A DNA stretch of 39,611 nucleotides from Actinomycetota bacterium (GTDB lineage: Bacteria; Actinomycetota; Actinomycetes; JAKEEW01): the NCBI GenBank assembly GCA_046725875.1, contig JBKOZJ010000152.1:1-39611 (forward strand), in the 5' to 3' direction. A model generated the notes under the pieces. That model was not told where the DNA came from. It saw only the letters and a list, made by a program, of their open reading frames with translations, and made no database searches. Position 1 is the first letter of the stretch. Every line of letters starts with the position of its first letter. This document shows, piece by piece, positions 1 to 11,221 of the stretch. The position numbers and the translations under genes were made by a program.

Positions 1-195
1 CGCCAACAACACCTCGGCCGGACCAAGCTGGGCAATGACGCGGGCCACTGGCGTGCCGCGAGCACGTTCGGACTCGATCCGCGCGCGGACGTCCTCGACC
101 AGCTGTACTCGGTCCAGCGGCGCAAGGCGGCCCTGGGCCGCATCGGCAACTCGGCCGAGGTACTCGAAGATGAGCTGATCTTCCTGGATCGACAT
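1..195 (-). CDS. 5' part of a HAAS-like domain protein (runs off the window edge)
   Basis: Manual translation from ATG at 195: MSIQEDQLIFEYLGRVADAAQGRLAPLDRVQLVEDVRARIESERARGTPVARVIAQLGPAEVLLA. The YL..V...ER..L...R..I......I..LG.P pattern is HAAS-like. Not in the ORF track. Confidence 0.7.
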   Translation of the reverse strand, partial: MSIQEDQLIFEYLGRVADAAQGRLAPLDRVQLVEDVRARIESERARGTPVARVIAQLGPAEVLLA

Positions 196-451
196 GGTCC
201 CAAGCTCCGGGCAGCGGACAGGCAGGTCCATAGTCGCTCACGACGGCGACGCCGTCACCCTCCCGCAGCCGACCGGAAATCGCCTGTGCGATCTCTCCTA
301 GACGCTGGTAACGTCGCCAGTCGCACCCAGTTCGCTCTCAGCCCGTATGCGTATGCGCGATGACAGGCCGCGATACGGGTCCAAGGTCGCGCGGCCGCGT
401 TGGCCGCCCTCCTGCCGTGCATCCACCGTCGTGATCATTGGAGCATCACGC

Positions 452-2566
452 ATGCCCGACATGACCACCGATACGAGCCACCCACCAAAAGCCGCCGGAA
501 CGGGTCAAGGCGACCGAAGGCCGGCGGCGGCTGCCCCACGGGATTCGCCCGGGCAACCCGAGAGGTCCGAGCTCGCCGCCGAGCGCCGGCACCTCGCCGA
601 TTCCAGGGCGGCGCTACGTCGCATGCGCGACTACGTGCTCTCGCTCGAGGCACAGGGCGCCGACCGGCTGAACACCGAGTATCTCAAGGCTGCCCTCTAT
701 CATCGCGCCGCCGCGCTGGTCGACGACCCGGACACTCCGCTGTTCTTCGGCCGGCTGGACTTCGACCCGCCGCAGGCGGCAACGCACTACATCGGCCGTA
801 GGCACGTGCACGACCCCGCGGGACACCCGATGGTGCTCGACTGGCGGGCCGAGATGTCGCGCGCGTTCTACCGGGCCAGCGCTCAGGAGCCAATGGGTGT
901 CGTACGCCGCCGCCGATTCGGCTTCGACGGCGGCGAGCTGACGGCCTACGAGGACGAGCGCCTCGACCGCGCGGCAAGCGAGGCCGAGGCCGTCGCCAGC
1001 CGCATCCTTACCGAGGAGATCGAACGGCCGCGGATCGGCCCGATGCGCGACATCGTCGCGACCATCCAGCCCGACCAGGATGATCTCGTCCGAGCCGACC
1101 TCGGCGTCACGTTGTGCGTCCAGGGAGCTCCGGGAACCGGCAAGACGGCCGTCGGGCTGCATCGAGCGGCATACCTGCTCTACGCGTTTCGGGACCGGCT
1201 GGCCCGCTCCGGCGTACTCGTCGTCGGCCCGAACAAGGCCTTCCTCCGCTACATCGGCAACGTCTTGCCCGCGCTCGGAGAGCTCGACGTGACCCAGGTC
1301 ACCGTGGATGAGCTCGTCGCGCATGTACCAATCCGGACCACGGAGCCCGACGACGTCGCGCGGCTCAAGGGCGAGGCGCGGATGGCCGATGTTCTTGCCG
1401 CGGCGGTCTGGTCGCATGTTGGCACGCCGACGGAGGCTCTCACCGTGACCCGGGGGGCCCGACGGTATCGCCTCCCCGCCCACCGGCTTGCGGTACTCAT
1501 CGAGCAGCTGCGCTCTCGCGGGCTGCGCTACGGCTCCGCCCGAGCGCTACTGGCCCGCTCGGTGGCCGCCGCGATCTGCACGCTGATGGAGTACGACGGG
1601 ATCGCCACGGACGACCGTACCGAGGCGGCGATCGCCCGATCGCGAGTGGTGCGGGACTGGGTCGACATGGTGTGGCCGAAGGTCGATCCGGCGACGCTCG
1701 TCGGGCGGCTGCTGACCGAGCCCGACCTGCTCGGCCTGGCCGCCGCCGGCATACTCGACAGGTCGGAACAGGCAATGCTCCTGCAGGTGGTGCCTCCGCG
1801 CGGCCCGCGGTCGGTTCACTGGACGCCAGCGGACGCGGTGCTGATCGATGAGGCGGGGGATCTCATTGAGCGCACCCGAAGTGTCGGGCACGTGATCCTT
1901 GATGAGGCGCAGGACCTGTCGCCGATGCAATACCGCGCTGTCGGGCGGCGTTGCGCGCTCGGCTCGGCCACCGTACTGGGCGACCTCGCCCAGGGCACCA
2001 CGCCATGGGCTGCGGACGGGTGGGTGTCGGCGCTCGGGCATCTGGGCAAGCCCGGCGCCAAGGTGGAAGAGCTGGCGAAGGGCTACCGCGTGCCGCGGCA
2101 GATCATCGACTTCGCCGCCCGCCTGCTGCCCGCCATCGGTTCCGGTCTGGCCGTCCCCACTTCGGTACGAAAAGCCAGCGGATCGCTGGCTATCACCCCG
2201 GTGCCCGGTATCCGTCGAGTCGAGGCCTCGCTTGTCGACGCGGTCGAGGCCGCGCTCGCCGAGCCAGGTTCGGTCGGTGTCATCTGCGCCGACCCCACCG
2301 CGACCCGGCTGTCGAGTGCCCTCAGGTCGGCCGGGGTGGAGCACGGCGTGCTCGGGGAGGACGGCCTGGAGACCCGGGTGACCGTGGTGCCTGCCTCGCT
2401 TGCGAAGGGCCTCGAATTCGACCACGTAATCGTCGTGGAACCAGCTGAGATCGTCGCCGCCGAGTTGCGTGGGCTCCGCCGTCTCTATGTCGTCCTGACC
2501 CGCGCGGTCTCCCGCCTCACGGTCCTCCACGCCACGCCGCTCCCATCCGAGCTTGTCGCGGCTTAA
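452..2566 (+). CDS. helD: HelD-family (UvrD-like SF1) ATPase/helicase
   Basis: Motifs FFGRLD, YIGRR, DWRA, MRDIVATIQPDQD, Walker A GAPGTGKT, DEAQD and AKGLEFD..YVVLTRA. Start moved to ATG 452 (GGAG at 440-443). Confidence 0.88.
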   Translation: MPDMTTDTSHPPKAAGTGQGDRRPAAAAPRDSPGQPERSELAAERRHLADSRAALRRMRDYVLSLEAQGADRLNTEYLKAALYHRAAALVDDPDTPLFFGRLDFDPPQAATHYIGRRHVHDPAGHPMVLDWRAEMSRAFYRASAQEPMGVVRRRRFGFDGGELTAYEDERLDRAASEAEAVASRILTEEIERPRIGPMRDIVATIQPDQDDLVRADLGVTLCVQGAPGTGKTAVGLHRAAYLLYAFRDRLARSGVLVVGPNKAFLRYIGNVLPALGELDVTQVTVDELVAHVPIRTTEPDDVARLKGEARMADVLAAAVWSHVGTPTEALTVTRGARRYRLPAHRLAVLIEQLRSRGLRYGSARALLARSVAAAICTLMEYDGIATDDRTEAAIARSRVVRDWVDMVWPKVDPATLVGRLLTEPDLLGLAAAGILDRSEQAMLLQVVPPRGPRSVHWTPADAVLIDEAGDLIERTRSVGHVILDEAQDLSPMQYRAVGRRCALGSATVLGDLAQGTTPWAADGWVSALGHLGKPGAKVEELAKGYRVPRQIIDFAARLLPAIGSGLAVPTSVRKASGSLAITPVPGIRRVEASLVDAVEAALAEPGSVGVICADPTATRLSSALRSAGVEHGVLGEDGLETRVTVVPASLAKGLEFDHVIVVEPAEIVAAELRGLRRLYVVLTRAVSRLTVLHATPLPSELVAA

Positions 2567-2622
2567 GGACAATACTGGACAACCGCGCCCTGCCAGGCGA
2601 CGACCAGACGAGGGCGCCGGAT

Positions 2623-2644
2623 TGTCAGCCCCCGCGAATAGCCT
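2623..2644 (+). promoter_or_regulatory. RecA-NDp / PafBC-type promoter of ogt
   Basis: TGTCAG-N10-TAGCCT, followed 7 nt later by GTG 2652 (leaderless geometry). Confidence 0.75.
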
Positions 2645-2651
2645 TGGGCGG

Positions 2652-3152
2652 GTGGACAAACGCGAGTGGGCGGCGGTGAGGACGCCGATCGGGTTGCTCT
2701 ACGTCGGCGTGTCGGAGGCTGGTGTCAGCCGGGTGAAGCTACCCGGCTCGCGGGCGCCTGGTGCGTCACTGGTCGACCCCCCGAGCGGTGTCCTCGCACA
2801 GGCAGTGGACGAGATCCGCGAGTATTTCGAGGGTGAGCGGCGGGAGTTCACCGTCCCGATCGACTGGTCCCGGGTGGAGGGGTTCCCCCGGGCGGTCCTC
2901 TCCGCGTTGCACGATGGCGTTCCGTTCGGCTCTGTCGTTTCGTATGGCGATCTCGGCGGACGCGCCGGGGACCAGGACGCGGCCCGCGTGGTCGGCGAAA
3001 TCATGGCCACCAATCCCTATCCGATTGTCGTTGCGTGCCATCGCGTCGTGGCATCGGACGGGCTCGGCGGCTTCGGCGGGGGCCTCGAGATGAAGCGCTG
3101 GCTGCTCGCGCACGAGGGTGTCCTGCCACCAATGCTCGAGTTCGAGGAGTGA
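2652..3152 (+). CDS. ogt: Methylated-DNA--protein-cysteine methyltransferase
   Basis: TPIG, EYFEGERREF, VPFGSVVSYG, AARVVG, NPYPIVVACHRVV (active-site Cys; usual motif PCHRV), KRWLLAHEG. Start moved to GTG 2652. Confidence 0.93.
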   Translation: MDKREWAAVRTPIGLLYVGVSEAGVSRVKLPGSRAPGASLVDPPSGVLAQAVDEIREYFEGERREFTVPIDWSRVEGFPRAVLSALHDGVPFGSVVSYGDLGGRAGDQDAARVVGEIMATNPYPIVVACHRVVASDGLGGFGGGLEMKRWLLAHEGVLPPMLEFEE

Positions 3153-3174
3153 CGCCGGCTGGGAGCATCGATCC

Positions 3175-3864
3175 GTGCCGGGGACCGATGCGCCGTGGCG
3201 GGGCCGTGAACCGTACCCAAAGGACTCTGCCGCCGCTTGGGTAGCGCTATGCCGCCGACTCGGCGCAACGGCGACAAGCGACGCGGCTGAAGCCGCGGGC
3301 GTCGAGCTACTTGAACGGTGGAGCGAGCCGCACCGGCGCTACCACAGCCGGTCTCATCTCGCCTCCGTACTCGGCGCGCTCGACGCGCTGTTCGAGGCCT
3401 CCGGCGAGGGAACGCCGGGCGCCCACGACCTGGCCAGGGCGGCTGCTTGGTATCACGACGCCGTCTATGACCCGGCGCGGTCGGACAACGAAGAGCAAAG
3501 CGCGGAGTTCGCGGAGAGGCAGCTAGCCTCCCTCGGCGTAGATCCGACGCTCCGCGCGGAGGTCACCCGGCTCGTGCGCCTGACGCGGGACCACAAGCCT
3601 GGCCACGACGATGAGGCCGGTTCGCTGCTTTGCGATGCGGATCTTTCGATTCTCGCCACCGAGCCGGAAATGTACGAGAAATACACCGCGGCGGTTCGCG
3701 AGGAGTACGGGCACCTCACGGACGAGGAGTTCCGGGCCGGGCGGATCACCGTGCTCCGAAGCCTCGCGGGGCACGTGACGCTGTTCCACACGCCGTACGC
3801 CCGGCAACACTGGGAGGGGACCGCTCGAGCCAACCTCGACCGCGAACGGCGCTCGCTTATGTGA
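3175..3864 (+). CDS. HD-domain metal-dependent phosphohydrolase (COG4339-like)
   Basis: WSEPHRRYH..H, AAWYHDAVYD, NEEQSA, LCDADLSIL, VREEY, ARANL. Start uncertain; GTG 3175 follows GGGAG. Confidence 0.85.
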   Translation: MPGTDAPWRGREPYPKDSAAAWVALCRRLGATATSDAAEAAGVELLERWSEPHRRYHSRSHLASVLGALDALFEASGEGTPGAHDLARAAAWYHDAVYDPARSDNEEQSAEFAERQLASLGVDPTLRAEVTRLVRLTRDHKPGHDDEAGSLLCDADLSILATEPEMYEKYTAAVREEYGHLTDEEFRAGRITVLRSLAGHVTLFHTPYARQHWEGTARANLDRERRSLM

Positions 3865-4147
3865 TCGGGCGATGTGCCGTTGATCGGCGACCGCGCTTGC
3901 GCCGGCGAAGGCCGGCGGCAGCGAGCCTGCGGACCAGTTCCCGCGACGAGACTGGCCGGGCGCCGGCGGCGATGATGGCCGCTCGGCGGAAGTCGGGTAC
4001 GTCATAGTGGTCGCCGTCGAAGCCACGCCGCGGGATGCCGACCCGCTCGGCGAACGCGTGCAGCTCCTCCAGTGACGCATCGCTGACCAGGTGACACCAG
4101 AGCCGGCCGTGCGCCGGCCAGACAGCGGGGTCGACGAGAAGCGCCAC
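3857..4147 (-). CDS. DUF4031 domain protein
   Basis: VDPAVWPAHGRLWCHLVSDASLEELHAFA...FDGDHYDVP. Start moved to GTG 4147. Confidence 0.85.
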   Translation of the reverse strand: MALLVDPAVWPAHGRLWCHLVSDASLEELHAFAERVGIPRRGFDGDHYDVPDFRRAAIIAAGARPVSSRELVRRLAAAGLRRRKRGRRSTAHRPIT

Positions 4148-4274
4148 TCGGTAATCATCCCCGATGCCATCCCGCGGATCGGCTGCCGAGAGCGGTGATC
4201 TCGGGCGCTCGCGGCCCGCTGTGCGGCAGGCCAATGTTTGCCCACACCAGGGATGGTGGGTAGACCAGAGAACG

Positions 4275-4643
4275 ATGAATCTCGATCACATCTTGCTGTC
4301 TATCCGGGCGCTGGTCATCAGCGACCTCGCCGCCGCTGGCTGTGCCGATCCGCAGACCGTGTCGGTCGTTGAGGCGGCCGTCACCGGGCGTCGCTGGTGG
4401 GCCGAGGAGTGGCCGGATGGCACGCCCTACCTGGCCGGACAGATCGCCCAGGATGTCCAGGAGGCACTGGCCGAGGTCTATGGCCGCTGGCCCATCTGCC
4501 CATTGCACGCCGACGACGAGCCTCTGCACGAGCTGACCATCGCGCCGGAGCTGGGCGAGGACCCGCACTGGACCTGTGAGGAGTACGGCGTAACGCTGGC
4601 CGCGCTCGGTGACCTCGACGGCTGGGTCGCACCGGTCCGATAG
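4275..4643 (+). CDS. Conserved actinobacterial hypothetical protein with a probable Cys/His metal site
   Basis: RRWWAEEWPDG..YLAG.IAQDVQEAL...RWPICPLH...H...PELGEDPHWTC; codon usage is typical of the core genes. Confidence 0.75.
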   Translation: MNLDHILLSIRALVISDLAAAGCADPQTVSVVEAAVTGRRWWAEEWPDGTPYLAGQIAQDVQEALAEVYGRWPICPLHADDEPLHELTIAPELGEDPHWTCEEYGVTLAALGDLDGWVAPVR

Positions 4644-4691
4644 CGGTCAACCGCCGCGGCGTTCGGATGAGTTGCCGTTGGCTCGAAACCA

Positions 4692-4723
4692 AGAGGCGGT
4701 CCCGGAAGACCGGGACCGCCTCT
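4692..4723. terminator. Intrinsic terminator hairpin downstream of groEL2 (between convergent genes)
   Basis: Perfect 14-bp stem AGAGGCGGTCCCGG-AAGA-CCGGGACCGCCTCT. Confidence 0.85.
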
Positions 4724-4751
4724 CGTGTGATTTCGCTGCGTGCGCGTGGAC

Positions 4752-6749
<1,998 letters not shown>

Positions 6750-6763
6750 CTAACGTGCGCAGC

Positions 6764-7573
6764 ATGGGGGTCCGCGGCGAAGCAGATCTTGCCGCGGCAA
6801 TCGACTACGTCAGTGCCCAGGGCAACGATCTCGAGCGCGCCCGCCTGGCGGTCCTGACCCATCAGGCGCCCGCGGACGAGAAGATGATCGCGCTCGCGGC
6901 CCAAGACCAACAGCCGGACGGCGGCTTCGCCGCCCTCTGGAGCGACGGGCAGAGTTCGCTCGACGAGACGTGCTACCGGCTGTCACAGATCGAGGATTTC
7001 GGCGTCAGTGCCGCTCGGCTGGTGGACGGGGCGGTCGGGTTCCTGTCCTCCCGGCAGCGCAACGACGGGACCTTCGAGGAGGATGTGCGAACGAGCGCGG
7101 CGGTGCCGCCGTGGGCGCAGCCCGGTGATCCGGCGGCGTTGCTCTACATCACCGCGAACTGCGCATTCACCATCCTCGACGCGCTCCGGCGCCAGTCGCC
7201 GGCCGAGCGGCGGCGGCTCAAGCTCGCCGTCAACAGGGCGGGAAGTCACCTTGCGAGCCGGATCGGACGGGATGGGCGGCTGCCGTCTTTCCTGCACACG
7301 CACTGGCTCGCCGGGCCGGTGCTGCGAGCTGCCGGGTTCGACGGGGCCGCCGACGGTCTGCTCTGGGCCCTGGCGTTTCGCCTGTCGGGCCTTGGACCAT
7401 CGGCGCTCGCGTGGCTAGCCGCGGCCATCCCCGACGAACCGGTCGCGACCGAGGCCCGCGACAGGCTCACCCGCCTCCAGGAGGACGACGGCCATTGGCG
7501 CAGCGAGGACGGCGAGCGGCACGACGTGGCGACGACCCTGACCGCGATCCGTGTCCTAGGCGCCGGTCACTAG
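6764..7573 (+). CDS. Prenyltransferase/squalene-oxidase repeat protein
   Basis: Q..DGG/W repeats: QQPDGGF, RQRNDGTF, LQEDDGHW. Start uncertain. Confidence 0.75.
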   Translation: MGVRGEADLAAAIDYVSAQGNDLERARLAVLTHQAPADEKMIALAAQDQQPDGGFAALWSDGQSSLDETCYRLSQIEDFGVSAARLVDGAVGFLSSRQRNDGTFEEDVRTSAAVPPWAQPGDPAALLYITANCAFTILDALRRQSPAERRRLKLAVNRAGSHLASRIGRDGRLPSFLHTHWLAGPVLRAAGFDGAADGLLWALAFRLSGLGPSALAWLAAAIPDEPVATEARDRLTRLQEDDGHWRSEDGERHDVATTLTAIRVLGAGH

Positions 7574-7658
7574 ACCACCCAAGGCAGCCGCCCGGAGATT
7601 GGGCCGCGATGACCAGGGCGGCGAGGAAGTCAGACACCTCCGGAGGGCTATCCATACA

Positions 7659-7698
7659 CGTGGCCCCTTGGATTGGCAGGCCGATCCAAGGGGCCACG
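7659..7698. terminator. Terminator hairpin downstream of cspA
   Basis: Long inverted repeat CGTGGCCCCTTGGATTGG / CCGATCCAAGGGGCCACG between convergent genes. Confidence 0.8.
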
Positions 7699-7713
7699 AG
7701 GTTCCAGCGATCG

Positions 7714-7914
7714 TCAGATCACACGAACGGAGCCCGCCTGCGGGCCCTTCGGACCGGTCTCGATCTCGAACTCCACCCGCTGACCCTCGTCAAGGGTGCG
7801 GAAACCGTCCATTGCGATCGCCGAGTAGTGGACGAACACGTCCGCGCCACCGTCGACTGCGATGAAGCCGTAACCCTTCTCCGCGTTGAACCATTTGACG
7901 GTGCCCTGAGCCAT
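7714..7914 (-). CDS. cspA: Cold-shock protein
   Basis: [15 protein letters not shown] and DVFVHYSAI (RNP1/RNP2). Confidence 0.97.
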   Translation of the reverse strand: MAQGTVKWFNAEKGYGFIAVDGGADVFVHYSAIAMDGFRTLDEGQRVEFEIETGPKGPQAGSVRVI

Positions 7915-8228
7915 ACCTCACTCCTGGTGCTGGGCTGCCTAACGGGCCCACCCTGCATGAGCCCGGGTCTCACTTCGCTTGCCGGGCCCGCAGAACGTCT
8001 GGCAGCAGGGGTGCTGCCAGACGCTCGTGGATGACTCGTCCGCGAACGTTCCGCAACGTGCTGTGGCGCGCGTAACTGTGCGACCGGAGCGAGGCTATCG
8101 GTCAGCGCGCTCCAAGCAAAGAGGCACCCCACAAAGTTTTGACCACCCACGAGGGTAGATCTTGACCGGAGGCTGCACCAGTTGGACCGTTCGTGCGGGG
8201 CACGGCGAGGCCCGGCAGACTGACGGAT

Positions 8229-8837
8229 ATGCGTAGGCGCTACTGGGCGCGGCTGGTGGTCAACGCCCTGAACGGGTCGACCCTGCTCGGCCTACTCGCG
8301 GCCGCAGTCGGCCGAACCAGGCTGACCCGCGGGCCGCACGGGCTTTTGCTCGGCTGGGGCTACCGGTTCCCGGTGCCGCCGCGCCGCGCGCCGGCGTTTA
8401 CCCTGGGCAACGTCATCCTCCTGCGCACAAACGACCCGCGGTTCCTCCAACGCCGGCCGACCCTGCTCATCCATGAGGCGCGGCACGCCACCCAGTACGC
8501 CTACTGCCTCGGTGTCGTCATGGTCGCGCTCTACCTGCCCGCCGCGGCCTGGTCCTGGCTTTGCACCGGCGACCCGGCGTCGCGCAACGTATTCGAAAGG
8601 CTCGCCGGGCTCGCTGACGGCGGCTACCGCGAGCGCCCGCTGCGGCCCGTCTTTGCCAAGATCACTGGGCGCTCCGCTGGGCGGCAAACGGAGGTCGCCT
8701 CGACGACGGCCGCCGCCGTGGGCGACCCGGGGGCAACCGCTCCTACTCCGCGGGGCGAGCCGGCGCCCTACGTAACACCCGCCGGAACTGACCACATGCC
8801 CGACACCGGCGCCGGCACCTCGCCGGGCACCTCATAG
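8229..8837 (+). CDS. Membrane-associated HExxH (zincin/DUF4157-like) protein
   Basis: AFTLGNV..., LLIHEARHATQY, NVFERLAGL. CAGACT -10 lies 7 nt before ATG 8229; the gene ends 12 bp before otsA. Confidence 0.75.
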   Translation: MRRRYWARLVVNALNGSTLLGLLAAAVGRTRLTRGPHGLLLGWGYRFPVPPRRAPAFTLGNVILLRTNDPRFLQRRPTLLIHEARHATQYAYCLGVVMVALYLPAAAWSWLCTGDPASRNVFERLAGLADGGYRERPLRPVFAKITGRSAGRQTEVASTTAAAVGDPGATAPTPRGEPAPYVTPAGTDHMPDTGAGTSPGTS

Positions 8838-8849
8838 AATTTCCGATCC

Positions 8850-10349
8850 ATGGGCGAAGCGCGTTCCGCCGCCATCCTTGTCGCATCCAACCGGGGCCCG
8901 GTGTCGTTCAAGCGGGCCGACGATGGTTCGCTCACCGCACGCCGTGGCGGCGGCGGCCTGGTTTCCGGCCTGTCCGCGATCGGCGCATCCACCGACATCG
9001 TCTGGGTATGCGCCGCGCTCTCCGACCCCGACCGGGCAGCCGTCCGCCGGGCGCCGGCGGGCCGGCTCGATAAGGCAGGCTACGACACCGGCGGTTCCGC
9101 CGTACACATGCTCGACATCGATCCCGGGACGATGCATCGCGCCTACAACGACATCGCCAACTCCACGTTGTGGTTCATCCACCACATGCTTTACGACACG
9201 GCGACCAAGCCAAGCTTCGACGCGAGCTTTCGCCGGGAGTGGCGGTCCTACTACGCATATAACGGCGCATTTGCCGACGCGCTTGCGGCCGAGGCGGCCG
9301 ACGGCGCGAAGGTGGTCGTGCAGGACTACCACCTAACGCTGACACCGCGCCTACTCCGCGACCGGCGGCCGGACCTGCGCATCGGGCACTTCTCCCACAC
9401 CCCCTGGGCGCCACCCGACTATTTCCGGCTGCTGCCGGTTGACGTCGCGCGGGACGTGCTTCTCGGCATCGTCGGCGCCGACCACGCCGGGTTCCTTACC
9501 GCCCGCTGGGCGGCGGCGTTCGTGGACTGCTGCGAGGCGGTGCTTGGCGCCAAGGTCGACCGCGGGACCGGCGGGCCAGCCGGCGTGCCCGGTCACGGCC
9601 AGAACGAGTACTCCGCGACCGTGTCGGTGGACGACCGCATCACCCACGTCGGAGTTCACGCGCTGGGCACGGACGCCGACTCTCTCCGCGAGCGAGCCGG
9701 CGAAGCCGACGTCGAGTCTCGCCGGGCCGCGCTGGCCGAGCTGATCGGTGATCGCCAAATGATCCTGCGGGTCGACCGCACCGAGCTGTCCAAGAACATC
9801 GTGCGCGGCCTGGTCGCCTATCGCGACCTGTTGCGCGGTCGCCCGGAGCTGCATGGCCGAGTGGTGCACGTTGCAATGGCCTACCCGAGCCGCCACGACC
9901 TGCCGGAGTATCGCGAGTACACCGCCGCCGTACAACGTGTCGCCAAGCAGATCGAGGACGAGTTCGGCACGGCGGATTGGGAGCCGCTCAAGCTGTGGGT
10001 GGAGGACGACTTCGCTCGCTCGCTCGCGGCGTACCGGCTCGCGGATGTGCTGCTGGTCAACCCGGTCAGGGACGGGATGAACCTCGTGGCCAAGGAGGTC
10101 CCTGTCGTTTCTGAGCGTGGCTGCGGACTCGTGCTGTCCCGAGAGGCCGGTGCCTACTTCGATCTTGGAGCCGATGCGCTCGTCGTCAACCCGTACGACA
10201 TCGTCGGAACGGCGGAGGCGCTGCACGCCGCGCTCACCATGGACCGCGCCGAGCGAGCGGCCCGCTCGAACCGCCTGGCCGCTGCCGCCACAGCTTTGCC
10301 GCCCCAGAAATGGTTCGCCGACCAGCTCGCCGCGCTCGGGCCAAGCTAG
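8850..10349 (+). CDS. otsA: Trehalose-6-phosphate synthase (GT20)
   Basis: VASNRGP, GGGGLVSGL, VQDYHL, HFSHTPW, RVDRTELSKNIVRG, DGMNLVAKE, LSREAGA. Confidence 0.93.
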   Translation: MGEARSAAILVASNRGPVSFKRADDGSLTARRGGGGLVSGLSAIGASTDIVWVCAALSDPDRAAVRRAPAGRLDKAGYDTGGSAVHMLDIDPGTMHRAYNDIANSTLWFIHHMLYDTATKPSFDASFRREWRSYYAYNGAFADALAAEAADGAKVVVQDYHLTLTPRLLRDRRPDLRIGHFSHTPWAPPDYFRLLPVDVARDVLLGIVGADHAGFLTARWAAAFVDCCEAVLGAKVDRGTGGPAGVPGHGQNEYSATVSVDDRITHVGVHALGTDADSLRERAGEADVESRRAALAELIGDRQMILRVDRTELSKNIVRGLVAYRDLLRGRPELHGRVVHVAMAYPSRHDLPEYREYTAAVQRVAKQIEDEFGTADWEPLKLWVEDDFARSLAAYRLADVLLVNPVRDGMNLVAKEVPVVSERGCGLVLSREAGAYFDLGADALVVNPYDIVGTAEALHAALTMDRAERAARSNRLAAAATALPPQKWFADQLAALGPS

Positions 10350-10355
10350 TTTCCG

Positions 10356-11204
10356 CTAATTCAGCGTGTTCGCGAGGGCGGTGAGGAAGGCAACCACCCC
10401 TGGGGGGCCATCCAGGACGAGGTCAGCCCGGTCGGCGAGCTCGGTTGTCTCGGTCGACCCGGAAAATATGAGTAGTCCGGGCGTGCCGGCCGCACGCAGC
10501 TCATCGACGGCGTCGTAGGCGGCGAGGTCGCCCAGGTCGTCACCGGCGAATACGACGCATCTGGCGTCATAGGCGGCGGCGGCGCCGGCCAGCGCCGCCC
10601 CCTTGTCTGTCCCCGGAGGCCGGAGCTCGAGTACATACCGCCCTGACTCCACCCGCAGGCCGTGCCGTTCGGCGAGCTGCGCCACCGGATCCTGTATGGC
10701 GGCCAGCGCGGCCGCCGGGTCCTTACTGCGCCTGGTGTGTACCGCAAACGAGGCACCCTTGTCCTCGACCCAGACCTGGTCCGCCACGCCGGTCGGTTGG
10801 AGCACATCGGCGAGCTCGGACCGCGCCGCTTTGACGGCAGGTCCTGCATCTGGAGCCGTCGCCTGCCCCGTCGCCGCGTCCCACCGCTCCAGGCCGTAGT
10901 GACCGAGTACGACCAGCCGCTCGAGGCCTGGAACATCGGCGAAGCCGCCGTACTCCACCGCGGTCGCCGCCGGCCGTCCCGTCACGATTGCCACGGCGGC
11001 CAGCCGCGGTGCCAATCGTGCCAGCGCCTCGATCGCCCCTGGCGCGGGCCGGGCCTGGGCGGGGTCCTCGACAATCGGGGCGAGCGTGCCGTCGAAGTCG
11101 ACCGCGAGCAGCGCGGCCGCGGGCTCGGCGAGCAGTGCGCCCAGGCCCTGCCGGCCAGCCTCAGTCTGTGGTTGCGGCAGGGCCTCGGCGGAATTGCTCA
11201 TCAC
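10356..11204 (-). CDS. otsB: Trehalose-6-phosphate phosphatase (HAD family)
   Basis: DFDGTLAPIV, VTGR, EDKG...VHTR, ELRP..DKG, GDDLGD. Confidence 0.93.
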   Translation of the reverse strand: MMSNSAEALPQPQTEAGRQGLGALLAEPAAALLAVDFDGTLAPIVEDPAQARPAPGAIEALARLAPRLAAVAIVTGRPAATAVEYGGFADVPGLERLVVLGHYGLERWDAATGQATAPDAGPAVKAARSELADVLQPTGVADQVWVEDKGASFAVHTRRSKDPAAALAAIQDPVAQLAERHGLRVESGRYVLELRPPGTDKGAALAGAAAAYDARCVVFAGDDLGDLAAYDAVDELRAAGTPGLLIFSGSTETTELADRADLVLDGPPGVVAFLTALANTLN

Positions 11205-11221
11205 GTGGTTACGCGAGTGTC

